This document shows, piece after piece, positions 36,901 to 49,358 of a DNA stretch of 64,000 nt (position 1 is the first letter of the stretch; each line of letters begins with the position of its first letter). The stretch is from assembly GCA_964035545.1 (NCBI GenBank), contig OZ037765.1, positions 11,542,698 to 11,606,697 of the forward strand, given 5' to 3'. This DNA is from Bugula neritina. Lineage: Eukaryota; Animalia; Bryozoa. Both the position numbers and the translations under genes were made by a program. A model generated the notes under the pieces. The model worked only from the letters and a program-made list of their open reading frames with translations, had not been told where the DNA came from and did not search any database.

Positions 36901-38511
36901 TCCTCCACCATGAAAGAAGATGATTCCTGGGGAGACGGAGGATTCCGTCTTAGAGTATGGAGTGTAAATTCTGACTGGAGTGTCTGCTATGACATCATTA
37001 TGTGCCTATACAATGGTAGCATTCGATTTTACAACTTGCGAGAACTAGTGCTTAATTTTTTCTCTAAAATTGTATAATTATAAACTATCACTGTGGTCAC
37101 AAAAGTTGCTAACAGGCTACAATTATATATCATAGACCTGCACGAATAAAATATCAAGGATGTGTGGAAAAGGAAAAGTGATAGGCAGTGCATGCCAAAG
37201 GGGAGAAGGACCATGTGAGTAAGATGGTTACACTGGTAATTTAACTAAACTACTGCCTAGATTGTAATCTACGTAACTATAGCTTAGTTATGTTAATCAA
37301 ATCTCAATAATACACATAAAGGAAATCTAGAATAGTTAAGTATCACTAGATTCATGTGGAAATTATTAGAACTTGGCTAAAAAACCTATTTGAACCTGAC
37401 TTATAATATTTCATACCTTTACAGCCCCATTATCCATTAAAGGTTGGATTGGGAGATCAAATTTCAGCCAATGATAATACTCATAATTAAAGAAAGTTTC
37501 TCCGACATACATCTGCAATGGACAACATTTAATTAAACATGAAAGAATTATTTTCTTTTCTGAGTTTTGTTTTATAGGAATACAACATTAGTATAAACTG
37601 GGTGTACTTGGCCTATGCTGTGGTGTTTATACTGGTAAAAATATTTTTCCTTGACTGTAGGTTCAATGTATTTATCTAAAAGTTTGGAAAATGTAATGTT
37701 TGTGTTTGTTTAAAGTTTTAAACTAAAGCAATGTTAGGCTTATCCCATGACCTCTCGCAGTCTTATATTAGGTATGGAATGTTGTAGCAATACAATAATG
37801 CTGTCAAAGTAATTATGTTGTGATTTCGAAAGTGCTATGAACTGTTTGACATACTGTTTACCAAGCTAGTCAGTTATAATTAGCTTTGAGATTTGATCAA
37901 ATAAAGTGCAGCCGGTAGTAATTTATTGCAGTACTTGGCTATACATCAGGACAACAGAATACAACTTCATATTACATATCAACTTTACCAATAAAGTACA
38001 GAGTGCTCTAAAAGCAATGTGGCCTGTGCAACATATTTTTGCATGTTACAAGTTTAAGGGTCACAACTTAGTTGCGATTCAGTTAGAGTGCATGCAAGAA
38101 GTAGCAGTTACATGCTCAACAAGTGTTATGTGCTTAATCATAAAACTATAATGTAACCAATCCTGCAGTTGCACGGATATTATTACTAACTACTAAGAGT
38201 AAAAAGCCGAATGATAGGCCGGCTTGATTGAGTATTTCCGGCTGGCTAGTCCAGCCCATTGTGCAAACTCAACAACGTATTGTGTGAGTGAAACATTGCG
38301 ATGGGCTATAGCTATATTTTGTTAAAATCTAGCAGATATTTTATGAAAATCTTGAGATTATTTACACACTCACCAATGTATGTATGACATTCATTAGAGA
38401 TGATATGACCACCACTCTTGCTCTGTGCAGTACAACATGCTCTGGAACTTGTCGGTCCATGTACACAGCCAACAGAATGAGGGATACTCCAAATAGTAAT
38501 AACCTTTTCAT
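33935..38511 (-). CDS. AADAC/NCEH1-like HSL-family alpha/beta-hydrolase with N-terminal membrane anchor, about 384 aa
   Basis: Exons 38511-38374, 37512-37417, 37005-36882, 36714-36648, 36514-36393, 35553-35414, 35171-34974, 34815-34622, 34010-33935 (1155 nt). Motifs: FFHGGG, VDYRQAPE, nucleophile GESSGG, DVLRDEG, HGFF; catalytic triad intact. Confidence 0.9.
34446..34517 (+). mobile_element. tRNA-Val-like pseudo-tRNA / SINE head (family B), copy 1
   Basis: GTCCT..TGGTGTAATGGTTAGCAC (A box)..TTACAA..TTCGAATC (B box)..AGGAC with mispaired stems. A related copy at 41816-41887 shares the upstream TTTCCC(C)AGTA and downstream ACAATTATT. Confidence 0.65.
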
Positions 38512-40598
38512 GATAGCCGCTCTCTATTATACTCACCAGCTACTAACCAGTTTTACTACTTACAATAATGCATGTAACTTGCGGGCAATGTGTCACTGCG
38601 TGAAGCTTAGACAATAAATTGATTTAAACGGAGTGAATAGCTTGCGAAATGGAGCGCTGTAATCGCTATTCTCTACTGAACAGTCTGAACTCCCAGCATC
38701 ATTTGTAAACCGCTATCAAGATGACAAATTACATAAGATAGTTTCACTCAGAGTGATGTACACTATATAAACCTTTGGTTTCAGTATCCTCTTATCGGTG
38801 CCTGTAGCCCTGTACACGTGATTAGATTAAACATGATGAAGTAAAAGTGAATTCCTGACAAACTTGTTTTGTAATTGGTAGAAATTTATTGCATCAATTC
38901 CTGACTGCTTACGTAATGAATGGGGAGCATTATGCAAGTTAGCCTGTATTATACCTTATTCTTTTGTCTTCTGCAATTTGCATAATATAATAATAATATG
39001 ACTAGATCGTAGCATAAATCACCACATAGTGACTCAAGTTGTAGCTGGTGTAACTAAGTTGCAATAACTTTACATCAGATGATGAAATTTTATTCTAATT
39101 TGCATATTGGTTATATATATACTATACAACATAATACAAGGTATTCCACATTAAAGCATTTCCATGAACAACATGACCATGAAAACTGATATCACTAAAA
39201 CAAAATATGATGACAGACACAATCAGACAGTGTTTTCCCAATGGCAAAATTGTGTTTTCAAAGGAAACAAGGGGCTCTTTTCACACAGCTTTTACAGTGA
39301 AATCTGTAACCAAGTGCACTTGGTCAAAACCATATCCCAAGTTTTTACACTGCTCAGCCAATCAGAACACTCTGGTTTCAGTAACATCTTTTAATAACCA
39401 AACTTTGCCAGATGTGTATAACTTACTGTACTCAAAGCTTCACCAATTTACTGAAAATAATGATGGCTAAAAAGTATTTTTGTTTTTCAAACTGTGAGAA
39501 AAATTTGGAAAAAAAACTATCAATCAGGAAGACTATAACCACATGAATAACTGACCAATCAGGCACGATGTCTCTAGCATTACTCAGTCTACAGCAGAAC
39601 ATCTGAGAAGACTGCTTCTGCTCAACTGGTGCAGTTTTATCCACCAAATTAAACATCAAAGAGCTGGACTCAATAACTTCTAGTGCCATAGTTCATGCAG
39701 TTTATTCTTCGTAATTTATGTTACTTTAAAAACTTTTTGCGCTCGTCAGTTGCTCTGGCAAATGAAACACATTTAATTAATTACATAGTTATTAAAACTT
39801 TAGAAGACAAAAACAGTTAATCTAGTAATATGTAGCATATCAATGATGGATAAAAATTAAAACCTTATTGTGAAAACTGTTCAGCACAGGTATTATGGTA
39901 AATCTAATTTTTTTAATATCCTGCTTTTCAATATTTTACTGAAAGATAAAATTTAAAATCCCAATTGGCAGACCTTTTCCATCCTCAAACTTGTAGTATA
40001 GCGAGATAACTGTTTTTGCTGGTTTTTACAGAGAGAATTTTTCTATTCGATATACAAGTATTCATCTCTGTCTCCACTCCACATGACTGACATAACTTAT
40101 ATAGTTTTCATATCAATTGTGAAAAAATACATGATTTTTTAAAATCTTCAGTGCAAAAGTAAAAGAATAAGATATTTGGAAAAATTTATTGATTAAAATC
40201 GTGCCTATTATATTATGGTATAACATAAATTTATACAAACAGTGTTTTATTCAACTTCATTTTTACAAAATGCATTTTCTGGCTACGTTTACAACTACAG
40301 TGTTGATATTATTGTGTAGTATTATATACATGCATGTCATTATACTCGTATTTGTACACCTAAAATTCTACTCGTGCCAAAATATTATGAGTCAAAAAAT
40401 ATAAAACCTTTTGTGAAGAAAATAGCCGATTTAACTTATTAGTAAAAATATCAATCATATTATAATGTGAGTAAAATAACTGCTAGAATTGTTAAACATT
40501 CTATCATTTATTTTTTAGTAATTCTCTCTATTTCTAAAAAAATAAAAACCGTACCCTGAAAACATTAAGTATTGATTAGGCTTTACAAAACTTCAGAA

Positions 40599-43500
40599 TT
40601 AGTAGTTACTGTCTCTCAATATTACAGAAGCAGGTGGAGGTTGTGTCGGATAAAACCCAGGAAACTTGTTAAGCCTCTGCACTCGATTTCTGTTACGAAG
40701 ACGACACAACAAGCAGACGGCCAGAATGATGGCTATGATTGTGAGAAGCAGCAACAGCACAAAGAGGGCTACGAAATAATCCGGAGTGAAGAGCATCTGC
40801 AGTCCCGATTTCGCTGTCAAAGTAATGCATGTTTTATATAAAATGAAAATATACAAGTCAAAGTTTGTTACGGAACAAGTTGTGATCTGTCAGCTTTTTT
40901 GCTTATCTAGAACTTGAATCTTATTCCAGGGTGCAAATATTGGCATATGTAATGTATACATGGCTTACAAATTTAATGAACACAAACAAATAATATTAAG
41001 GAAGTTAGAAGAGAGTTAAAAGCTTATAGTTATTAACGTACTTGCTTGTGTTTCAGGTCTGCTTGGTGGTATACAAATATAGCTTCCAATCCCGTTAACA
41101 CAAACATCACTACCACAAGGGTTGCTTTCACATTCATCTATATCTGCAATACATAATACATTTTAGCTCCTCAGTTAAAAAGATCGGTGTGTGTATATAA
41201 ATGTATAGCTTGTAACTGTTAGAGCTACATGAGCACTTTGCATCACGTGAGGTAACTCATCTTTTAAAACTAATATATACTTTGGTAGAAACATCATTAG
41301 TTTTTTCTATTTTAAGGATGTGAGTAATGAAACTTTGTTCTGTGCTGGTGCGATAATAGCCCCTGAAAGCCTTATATAAGTAACAAAAGAAAATTATATA
41401 TATATGTATATTCACTCAACTTTTCCTAATTAGGAAAAATTGTAAAAAAAATGTAAAAAAACTAATGACTGTATACTACCTAAGATCTAAAGTATAAATA
41501 TATCTGTATTAATATTCTATCAAGTGACAAAGTCTACTCACCGACACAGTTATTTTTGGTGCCGCCTGTGTAACCGGCTGGACAGGTGCAAATATATGAA
41601 CCTATTATATTCTCACAGCTGTGTGAACATAACTCCAAATCACATTCATCAATATCTGCAAAGCAAATATGCAATATGTAGCAGTGTTATATTCTAGTTG
41701 GCAAAGATGATGGAGTGACAAAACTGACAAACAAATACTAGGACGTTTTAAGGGTACATTATGACTTAATTCAGAAAAATGTAAAAAAGTACTGCAGTGT
41801 TAGGTTTCCCCAGTAGTCCTGTGGTGTAATAGTTAGGGCGCCTGCTTGCAAGCTGGAGGTCTCGGGTTCAAATCTCATTGGGGTCACAATTATTTTACAA
41901 GTACATCATTGTATGAGTGAGAATACAACAAAAAAGTAAAAGGAACATCTATAAGGTTATATAGGAAAAAATTGAGTTATATGGGTTTTGAGAGCAGTTT
42001 GCAATGCAAGGGCTAAACAGATGGTAACTACGAATAGTTGACACTCATGTAATGTGTGAGTTTTGCCAATGTTTTTATTTCAAAACAACAGGAAGAAATT
42101 ATGCAAAACAAAACATATCAAGGTATTTGTACATAACATAATACTCAACATCTAACTTAGCAATTGCTACCTTAATTTGTTAAATCATCTCCCCTATTTT
42201 GCTTACCTACACACAAATTTGGGTTGCCTTCAAGTAAATGAAATCCTGCTGGACAAGAACACAGATGCTGAACTGTACCAAATGTAGTCCTGCACCCAGC
42301 TGTTTCCGTAGGTGCATCCTTTACAAGACATTTTCCTGAGCAATCTACTGCAGCTGCAAATTACCGAAACAAAATTTAATTTATTTTATTACAACTTGCC
42401 ATGTTATATAATAAAATGTAAATTAAGTTATAAAATCAATATAATATAGTGATATTTTTGCAAGATGAATGTTTTCCAAATGTATATAACCAATAAGAAC
42501 ACATAAGGTGTGTGTGTGGTGTGTGTGTGGTGTGGTGTGTGTGTGTGTTTTAAAATTTGTATTTTGAATACACATGAAACATGTTCTATATACTCTACCA
42601 ACAAATCCTTTTTCTCCTTGTGGTCCGGTGGGACCCTTAACTCCTTGTGCTCCAGTAACACCCTTGGCACCTTTTACTCCCTTAAGACCATCTGCACCAG
42701 AAGCACCAGCTGGCCCCACGTCTCCAATGACTCCTCGATCCCCTGTACTACCAGATTGGCCTTTCTCACCTTCTTCTCCTTGTGATCCTGTGGCACCTGT
42801 TGAAGAAGCAGATATTATTGATAGTTTATAAATAGTAGAAACTATACACAACATGGCATTGCTTTGAAAATTTTCTTAAGTCATTTCTATAGTCTGCACT
42901 ACACACAACTGTGTTCATTCAAGTAAATTTATTAAACTTTGACATCAATTAGTTCTCTATAATATTAATAAGCAACAAATTCAATTATAATTTATTGACA
43001 CGAAATAAAATGTAGACAGTGTAAGCTTATTATTATAGCTAAAGTGAACAATAAATGTAAGAGTTTTTACACTAAGCATATTTTTCTATTTAGCTACCAT
43101 TAACTATCAAAGACGAATTGCTGCGAAGTCTAAATTGGGATTCCGGTAGTATATTGGTAGAATAAGCAATATTTTGTCTAAACTAGTACCCGTAATACTG
43201 TTTTAAGCAATATATGCTAACCAGTAGCTCCAGTTGCTCCTACAGCTCCCCGTAAACCAGTTGCACCCACTTCCCCAGATAAACCAGAACCTCCTGTAGC
43301 ACCTGTAGCACCAGTTGCACCAATTTGTGAAGGTGAGCCAGCCTCTCCCTTTGCTCCCTTTTCTCCCATTTCTCCCTGTGTATTTAAATTCTTTAGTTTG
43401 TTTGCATTACTTAGTAATGATGCATACATACATACAGATTTCGGTATTTATCATTCTCAATCAAGTAAAGTAATTGTAGTTTACACTTTGGATAAAAAGT

Positions 43501-46500
43501 CACTTTATATAGCTTTTATTTCGGTTATTTAATTGGTAGTTGTTAGGTCTTATTTTTATCTAGAAATAATTTCCAATACTTTTTTGTTATTAAATTTCAA
43601 CAAAATCGAATCATGGAAAGTAAGCATATCTAAACTGCATGTTGCAGTAATTATTTATTTATAACCAAACTCATTTCACATACATGCAAGTCCATAGAAT
43701 TTTTAAAGCTGAAGCAGAAAGGTTATATCAACTGTGGAGACAAAGAAACATAAAGTCACTAACTAAATGCTGTGTTGTAAGTTTTTGCCTTTTGTGTTTT
43801 TGTGTTTGCTCTATTATAGAGGGTTTGTGAAGTTTGTGGCCTTAAAATTTTTACTGATAGTTAGAAAGCTCATGCAAAACTTTTGAATTTTTGACTTAAA
43901 GTTGACATACCTTACGACCAGTCATTCCAGCGTTACCAGCTAGACCTTTGAAACCTTTAGGACCTTGTACTCCCTCAAGTCCTTTGGCACCCCTAGCTCC
44001 TTTCTCTCCTTTGTTGCCCACTACAGACACCGGTGTTATTACCTGAATTATAGTAAAAACATCAAATTTCAACAATACACGGAGCATTGAATTACTCAAG
44101 TTCTGTAATTATCAAGTAAGGTAACCAAGTTCTAGGCTTACATAATGAAACTTATGTAAAATATATTCTTACTATTTTATTCTTACTTGTATAAATGGTT
44201 TAATTTTAAACACTATTGAAAAATTTTGTTAAGTTCTTGCAAAACTAACCAATAACTACCACAAGAACATCAGTATATTAATATTTATTAGCACATGCAA
44301 TAATAGTAATTTAAAGCTAGTTGCATAGATGTACTCACATTAATATTTGCTTGTCCTACATCAATAGGAAAGTAGAAAGATTCTCGATCAGCTGAGCCGT
44401 AAAGAAGGGCCATGAAATTCACGTCGGCATCCAAATGGTTTAGAGAATACGTCTTGTCATTGTCGACAGATAACTTCCCAAATGAATACTCACTGCCAGC
44501 TATAACTGACCAGCTAGGGTTAACCAAGCTCTCACCATTCAACTTCAAACCATCTACTTCTGCTGTTTTGGCAATCATCTAATGTGAAATGAAGTCGTTA
44601 TAAATGTACAGTCAGCGATGTGCACTTGACATGATATCCTTATTCTATAAATTACTTGCATCTTCCCAACCTGTTTGCTAAGTGATATTCAAATGGTTAT
44701 CAAATCATTTTAGAAACACTTTATACAGGCTTCAGTGAAATATAAATAGTGCCAAGAATATAGCAAAAAAGTATAACAGCCCTGAGTTAGCATATGCATT
44801 CTTACAAGGCTGACATCTCAGAAAGTACTCATAACCCACGACTAAAGCGCGTCACTTACCAACACGTAGATGTCATACTGTGAAGACTCACTACTAGCAG
44901 GCTTGATGTAACCTGGTGTAGAGAATATATAATTATTACTGTATTGACCGAGTGCAGGCATGATAACCATACTAGGGTCGCCCGCATCGCTGTCACTGTT
45001 GACAGTTGATTGGCTTGTGGAAATCACTCCCACCTACAACAGTATCATGGCTAAGGTGGTGATATTTCCTTTTGGAAATTGCTTGAAGTAGCACCAAGTT
45101 GGTGGTCACTGGGTGCAGTGGTTTGGAGAAAGGGTGTCAAGTTCTGAGTTAGAGACTTAGAGCTCATGCAAACACTGTTCTCAATGCCCTTAACTTTGTG
45201 CTGCTTTTAACTATTCTCTAATCTATTGATTGCTTAAAAATTTTAAAGAGCAAGCAGCAATAAAAACACAGAAACAATAGTTATCTGAACAAATTACAAA
45301 AACTGATTTTTGACATGCTTTTAACTAAATAAATCAATAAAAAAATTAGTTAGTAAAACAACTGTTCATTACCATGACTGATTTGTTTCCAGAGTCAATG
45401 TATAAGGCCCCAGTAGTGCTCAGCTCTTCATATTCACCAGCATTCAGCACAAACTGCTGGTTGAGTGCACCTTGCACCTGCACAACCGTGTCATCCAAAT
45501 GGGCAACAACCCTGACAAGATCTGCTCTGTCAGCTGTTCGCCCAGGAGTTCTACAAAAGCACCACTAGACTCTGTAATGCATGCTTGATAAAAATATTTA
45601 CTGTTGAAAATTCTTGGCAAATATGATTAAGGTTATTTTATATACTTGAAAGACAAAATTCCCTTTATAGTTTGTTGGTATACATATGCTAATAAAATAA
45701 CTATGTAAGTTTAATACAGCTGCATTGGAAACTATGGAGCTTTCAACAACTAGTATTACACCTTATGGCTTATAGTTACCATGGGTATGCTTGGATTTGT
45801 TTATCTTGATATTTTATTTATAGCTTGCAACGCTTCTAAAAATTGCAACATAATATTTAATTAATTAATTTACATATTGCTATTATTTCAAGTATTTAAT
45901 ACTAAGATAAGACAAATGGATTTATGCCTACGCTTGGCATGCCTCCAATCCTTTACTGATTATTTCTAGATAACTAAATTACAAAAAGTGTTATTTCTTA
46001 CAGCCCCAATGGTCATCAGTTTACAAAATAGTTCTTTCAGAAGTTTTTACCAAGTGTTGCTTACCTAACCGTGCAATAAGTGAATCCCCACTGAACCACT
46101 GGAGGAAGCTGGTCTACCAAATGGTCTCGGGATATCCCATCAACACTAGTTCGAACATTCCCACTAAAAGCTGAGATTTTCTTGTCAGATAAAATCCTTG
46201 CACCTAATAAAACAAAATTTATAATTTTATCTGCAAATTGACAATATCTACAAAGAACATTTTTGACCTGCTGCCATAAAACTCTACTTTAGAAATTTTC
46301 AGCATGATACAAACTTACCTGTAAGATCACCATTATCAACAGAGGAAATTTGCGCTGTTTGATATTTATCATTCAGTGTAATAGTAACCACATCACCGGC
46401 ATCATATCTTACACCTAGCCACTCTAGAGAAGTGTCAGCTGGTACTGTAACCTCTACTACTGTTACTCCATCTTCGACAGCCACAAGAGCAATCTGTGTT

Positions 46501-47924
46501 GCTGTAAGTGGAGTATATGCAAGTGCGTAATATTCTGTGCCAGTTTGATCAACTCGAAATGCTGTGAATCCATCAGTTGAGTAGAGGTTCCTGTTGAGAC
46601 CATAGACAATGATGTCTCCAGAGCCCACAACTCGAACCGCCTTGTTGCTAAAACCATCATCGAGACGAATATCAGCGGGCAAGATCTGCATGTTCACAGT
46701 GTCTGGAGCCAGCTCAAACGTGATTGGTCCTGATATGAAGCTACCATCTGGGTTGTCAACAGTCACCGTAACACTGGAAGCTGATCTTGAAGCTACATAC
46801 AGCTCTACATCCTGTTGTACTGCAGTCTCGGCTACGACGTTTTTCATAAATACTAAAGCGTATTCGTACTCACTCAGAGCACCTATTAGGAAATATAAAT
46901 AACTGCAGATCAATTAAAATTGCTACGAATAATATAACTATATAAAATGTGCAAATATAATATTATGCACTGGTCCTACACTAAATGAGGTAAGTGGAGA
47001 GCTGTGTGCAGTTTTTTTCAAATAGTTATTGTTGGCCACATGTGAAATAAAACACATGTCAAACTCAAAGTTATACACCTTAACTAAATAAAAATCTACA
47101 TCACCTAATTTTGATGATTTTATGGTGTGGAAATTTATTATAGTGAATATTTTGCTAAGATAATAATCTGCTACGAGTTCGGTAAAAATGGCACAGGTAA
47201 AAATGGCACAGGTAAAAATGGCACAGGTAAAAATGCATGGTAAAAATGGCACAGATGAAAATGTAGAGTAAAAATGGCACAGGTTATAAAGACACAAATG
47301 GCAAAGTAGGTAAAAAAAGGTACATTTTCAATATTAGGGTTTGGGGTAAGGGGTTGGAGTTTGAAATTGGGGATTTAGGTTTGGGAATGGGGGTTTGAGT
47401 CTGGGGTTAGGGTTGAAGGGTTGGGAGTTTGAGAAAATTTAACATCAGTATATGCCATTTTTACCTACTTTTCCATTTGTGCCATTACTACCTGTGCCAT
47501 TATTACCTGTGCCATTATTACCTGTGTCATTTTTACCTAAAATCAATCTGCTATGGTGAAGCTATGTGAAAGTTTGCCAATTGCAAAGAGTCCTAGTTTT
47601 AGCAAAAATAATTTCATTATTCAACACTTCAAACCAAGAAACATGGAACTGTGTAGTTACTTTATTATTCATTAGATGCATGGTCTCATCCAACCGCCAC
47701 ACCTGTGATCTTTACCTAGTTAGTTATGAGATTGAGTGATGTTATGTAATCATTTCCACCTGGAAATTACTTTAAAAAACCAGAAAAAGAACTTCTAAAT
47801 AACAATTATAAAAAAGTGACCATCAAACTGAATTAAACAAGCATTCTGATCAGCCATTACCTGTGGTGAGGAAACAGTAGAGCAAAATCGGTAAGATGCT
47901 CATCAATCTATAAGATGATATCAT
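40599..47924 (-). CDS. Type I membrane protein: signal peptide + IgGFc-binding (FCGBP N-terminal) domain + collagen triple helix + 3 EGF-like modules + TM + short tail, about 806 aa
   Basis: 13 phase-consistent exons: 47924-47861, 46882-46319, 46203-46065, 45550-45373, 45033-44860, 44578-44339, 44042-43911, 43375-43222, 42796-42599, 42353-42207, 41655-41542, 41143-41042, 40813-40599 (2421 nt). IgGFc motifs [38 protein letters not shown]; about 51 Gly-X-Y triplets; DIDEC..C.N..GSY.C cbEGF; [26 protein letters not shown] followed by RLRNRNR. Confidence 0.85.
41816..41887 (+). mobile_element. Pseudo-tRNA / SINE head (family B), copy 2
   Basis: GTCCTGTGGTGTAATAGTTAG...GGGTTCAAATCTCA; similar to 34446-34517. 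Confidence 0.65.
42508..42548. repeat. (GT)n microsatellite
   Basis: Directly visible. Confidence 0.85.
47174..47544. mobile_element. Foldback-type non-autonomous DNA transposon (371 bp) with 9-bp TSD
   Basis: TSD AATCTGCTA at 47165-47173 and 47545-47553. Arms are tandem 15-mers GGTAAAAATGGCACA in inverted orientation. Centre is a GGGTTAGGG/GGGTTTGGG G-rich tract. Confidence 0.85.
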
Positions 47925-48443
47925 CTTGGTTTGCTGTAATATGTCCTGATATAGTGGTGAAACTTTAATATATTACAGAAATATTAAATTAAAATAGGTT
48001 ACCGTAGCCAAATCATATCTCTCAGATAAACAAGATGATTACAATATGACAGCTTTCCAACGACTACTATGCCGTATACAAGCTGCACACGCCCTATTTC
48101 AACAAGAGCTCTAGTATGCACACTGAATGAGCACATACAAAAGGCTTAATCATGATATTGTATGCTAAATGTATAGAATGTCATTAGTTACAATGAATTG
48201 ACTATTCTTTTCATTGAGAATTATAAACTCTCATCTATTTCATGACATACAGTTATTAGCTTTAATTTAAGCAAGTTAGTGTTGAAACAATTTAATTTTA
48301 CTATACACCTATATATTCTTTTGTGTTGTGATAAATTAGCAGCTACATACACACTGCTGAAATAACGTGTTATTAATGTTACTTTTATAGTTGATTTACA
48401 CCCTGTTTTTCTTTTCGCTTTGTTCTGTTCAGATAGCGAAAAG

Positions 48444-48640
48444 CTTACGCAAGTTTATAGTCACCGTCTCTGTGAGAAAATCCCTGACGGGAAGGCTGAT
48501 TTGTTAAAGTGGGCTAAGGACTTATTCATATGAGACACATGAGCAATTATGACTGGATGCTCCTAACATCACCAATGGCCTTTGTTTGGCAATGTTTGAT
48601 TACTAAGCCAAGCTCTAACCCTCTAACCACGGCTGCTCCC
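48444..48640 (-). mobile_element. tRNA-derived SINE (family A), copy 2
   Basis: Shares ACGCAAGTTTATAGTCAC, GACTGGATGCTC..CCTAACATCA.CAATGGCCTTT and GCTCTAACCC...ACGGCTGCTC with 24215-24419. Confidence 0.75.
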
Positions 48641-48935
48641 TGTTGCTGTTACTATATTACTAGCATTAACCATATTGCTGCAAAATCTTAGTTATTGCTG
48701 TAGCCAAGTTTTCAAGTAAGCTCAAATTTGAAGCTCAATATAATATCTGTAATATTACAATAGGGGAAAATATGTATTAGGAACATGAACATGTAGCTTT
48801 ACATATACACAAACGTAAGTATGTTTTAATAAATAAGATAAATAATGATGATTAATTATGATGAAGAATAAGTGTGTTTTTTTATAACAATTCTAGAAGA
48901 GCATCATATACTGCTGCAGTTTTGTGCACTACTAG

Positions 48936-49358
48936 AGTGGGGTATTATTGTATACACGAATTACTGCTGCATACCCTACCACAAGGTTTGAGAGAAAAAC
49001 CGAAGTAGATAGCATTTATAAAAGAGATATATTTATGTCTAATCACGTACAAGTAAAGTTGTTAGCAATTGCAAAAGAATACACATATAATAGAACAGTT
49101 ACACAATGCTATCCTAATTTACATGACAGTTATCCTCCGACTGAGGCAGGGCGCTGGAAGGCACTGTTTATATTCCAAGGGTCAGCCCTGATTGGCCGGT
49201 TGGGAGTACCGGCGGTGCCAACGAGTGACGGGTGCTGCATAGAAGTGCGACATTGCTAACAGAGTTGTCATCCCTTGGAACTATTGCCATAAAATGTCAT
49301 ACCGCGTCTCCTGCTGCAGGTATTTAGTACAGGGAAGGTTGGGGATATACTTCCCACA
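48936..49358 (-). promoter_or_regulatory. GC-rich CCAAT-TATA-Inr module, possibly a solo LTR
   Basis: Minus strand: CCAAT 49195-49191, TATAAA 49172-49167, TCAGTC with A at 49142 (30 nt after TATA). Starts TGTGGGAAGTAT and ends ATACCCCACT (imperfect terminal IR). No TSD found. Confidence 0.5.

Noticed and set aside
39164-39689. Cluster of short ORFs between the esterase and collagen genes
   Set aside because: No recognisable motif and no coherent splice structure.
42510-42831. Antisense Pro-rich ORFs over collagen and other exons
   Set aside because: Shadow frames of the real minus-strand exons.
46938-47297. ORF with IFTCA repeats
   Set aside because: Produced by the 15-mer arms of the foldback element.
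47330-47430. Telomere or interstitial telomeric array
   Set aside because: Too degenerate, and enclosed by transposon arms and a TSD.
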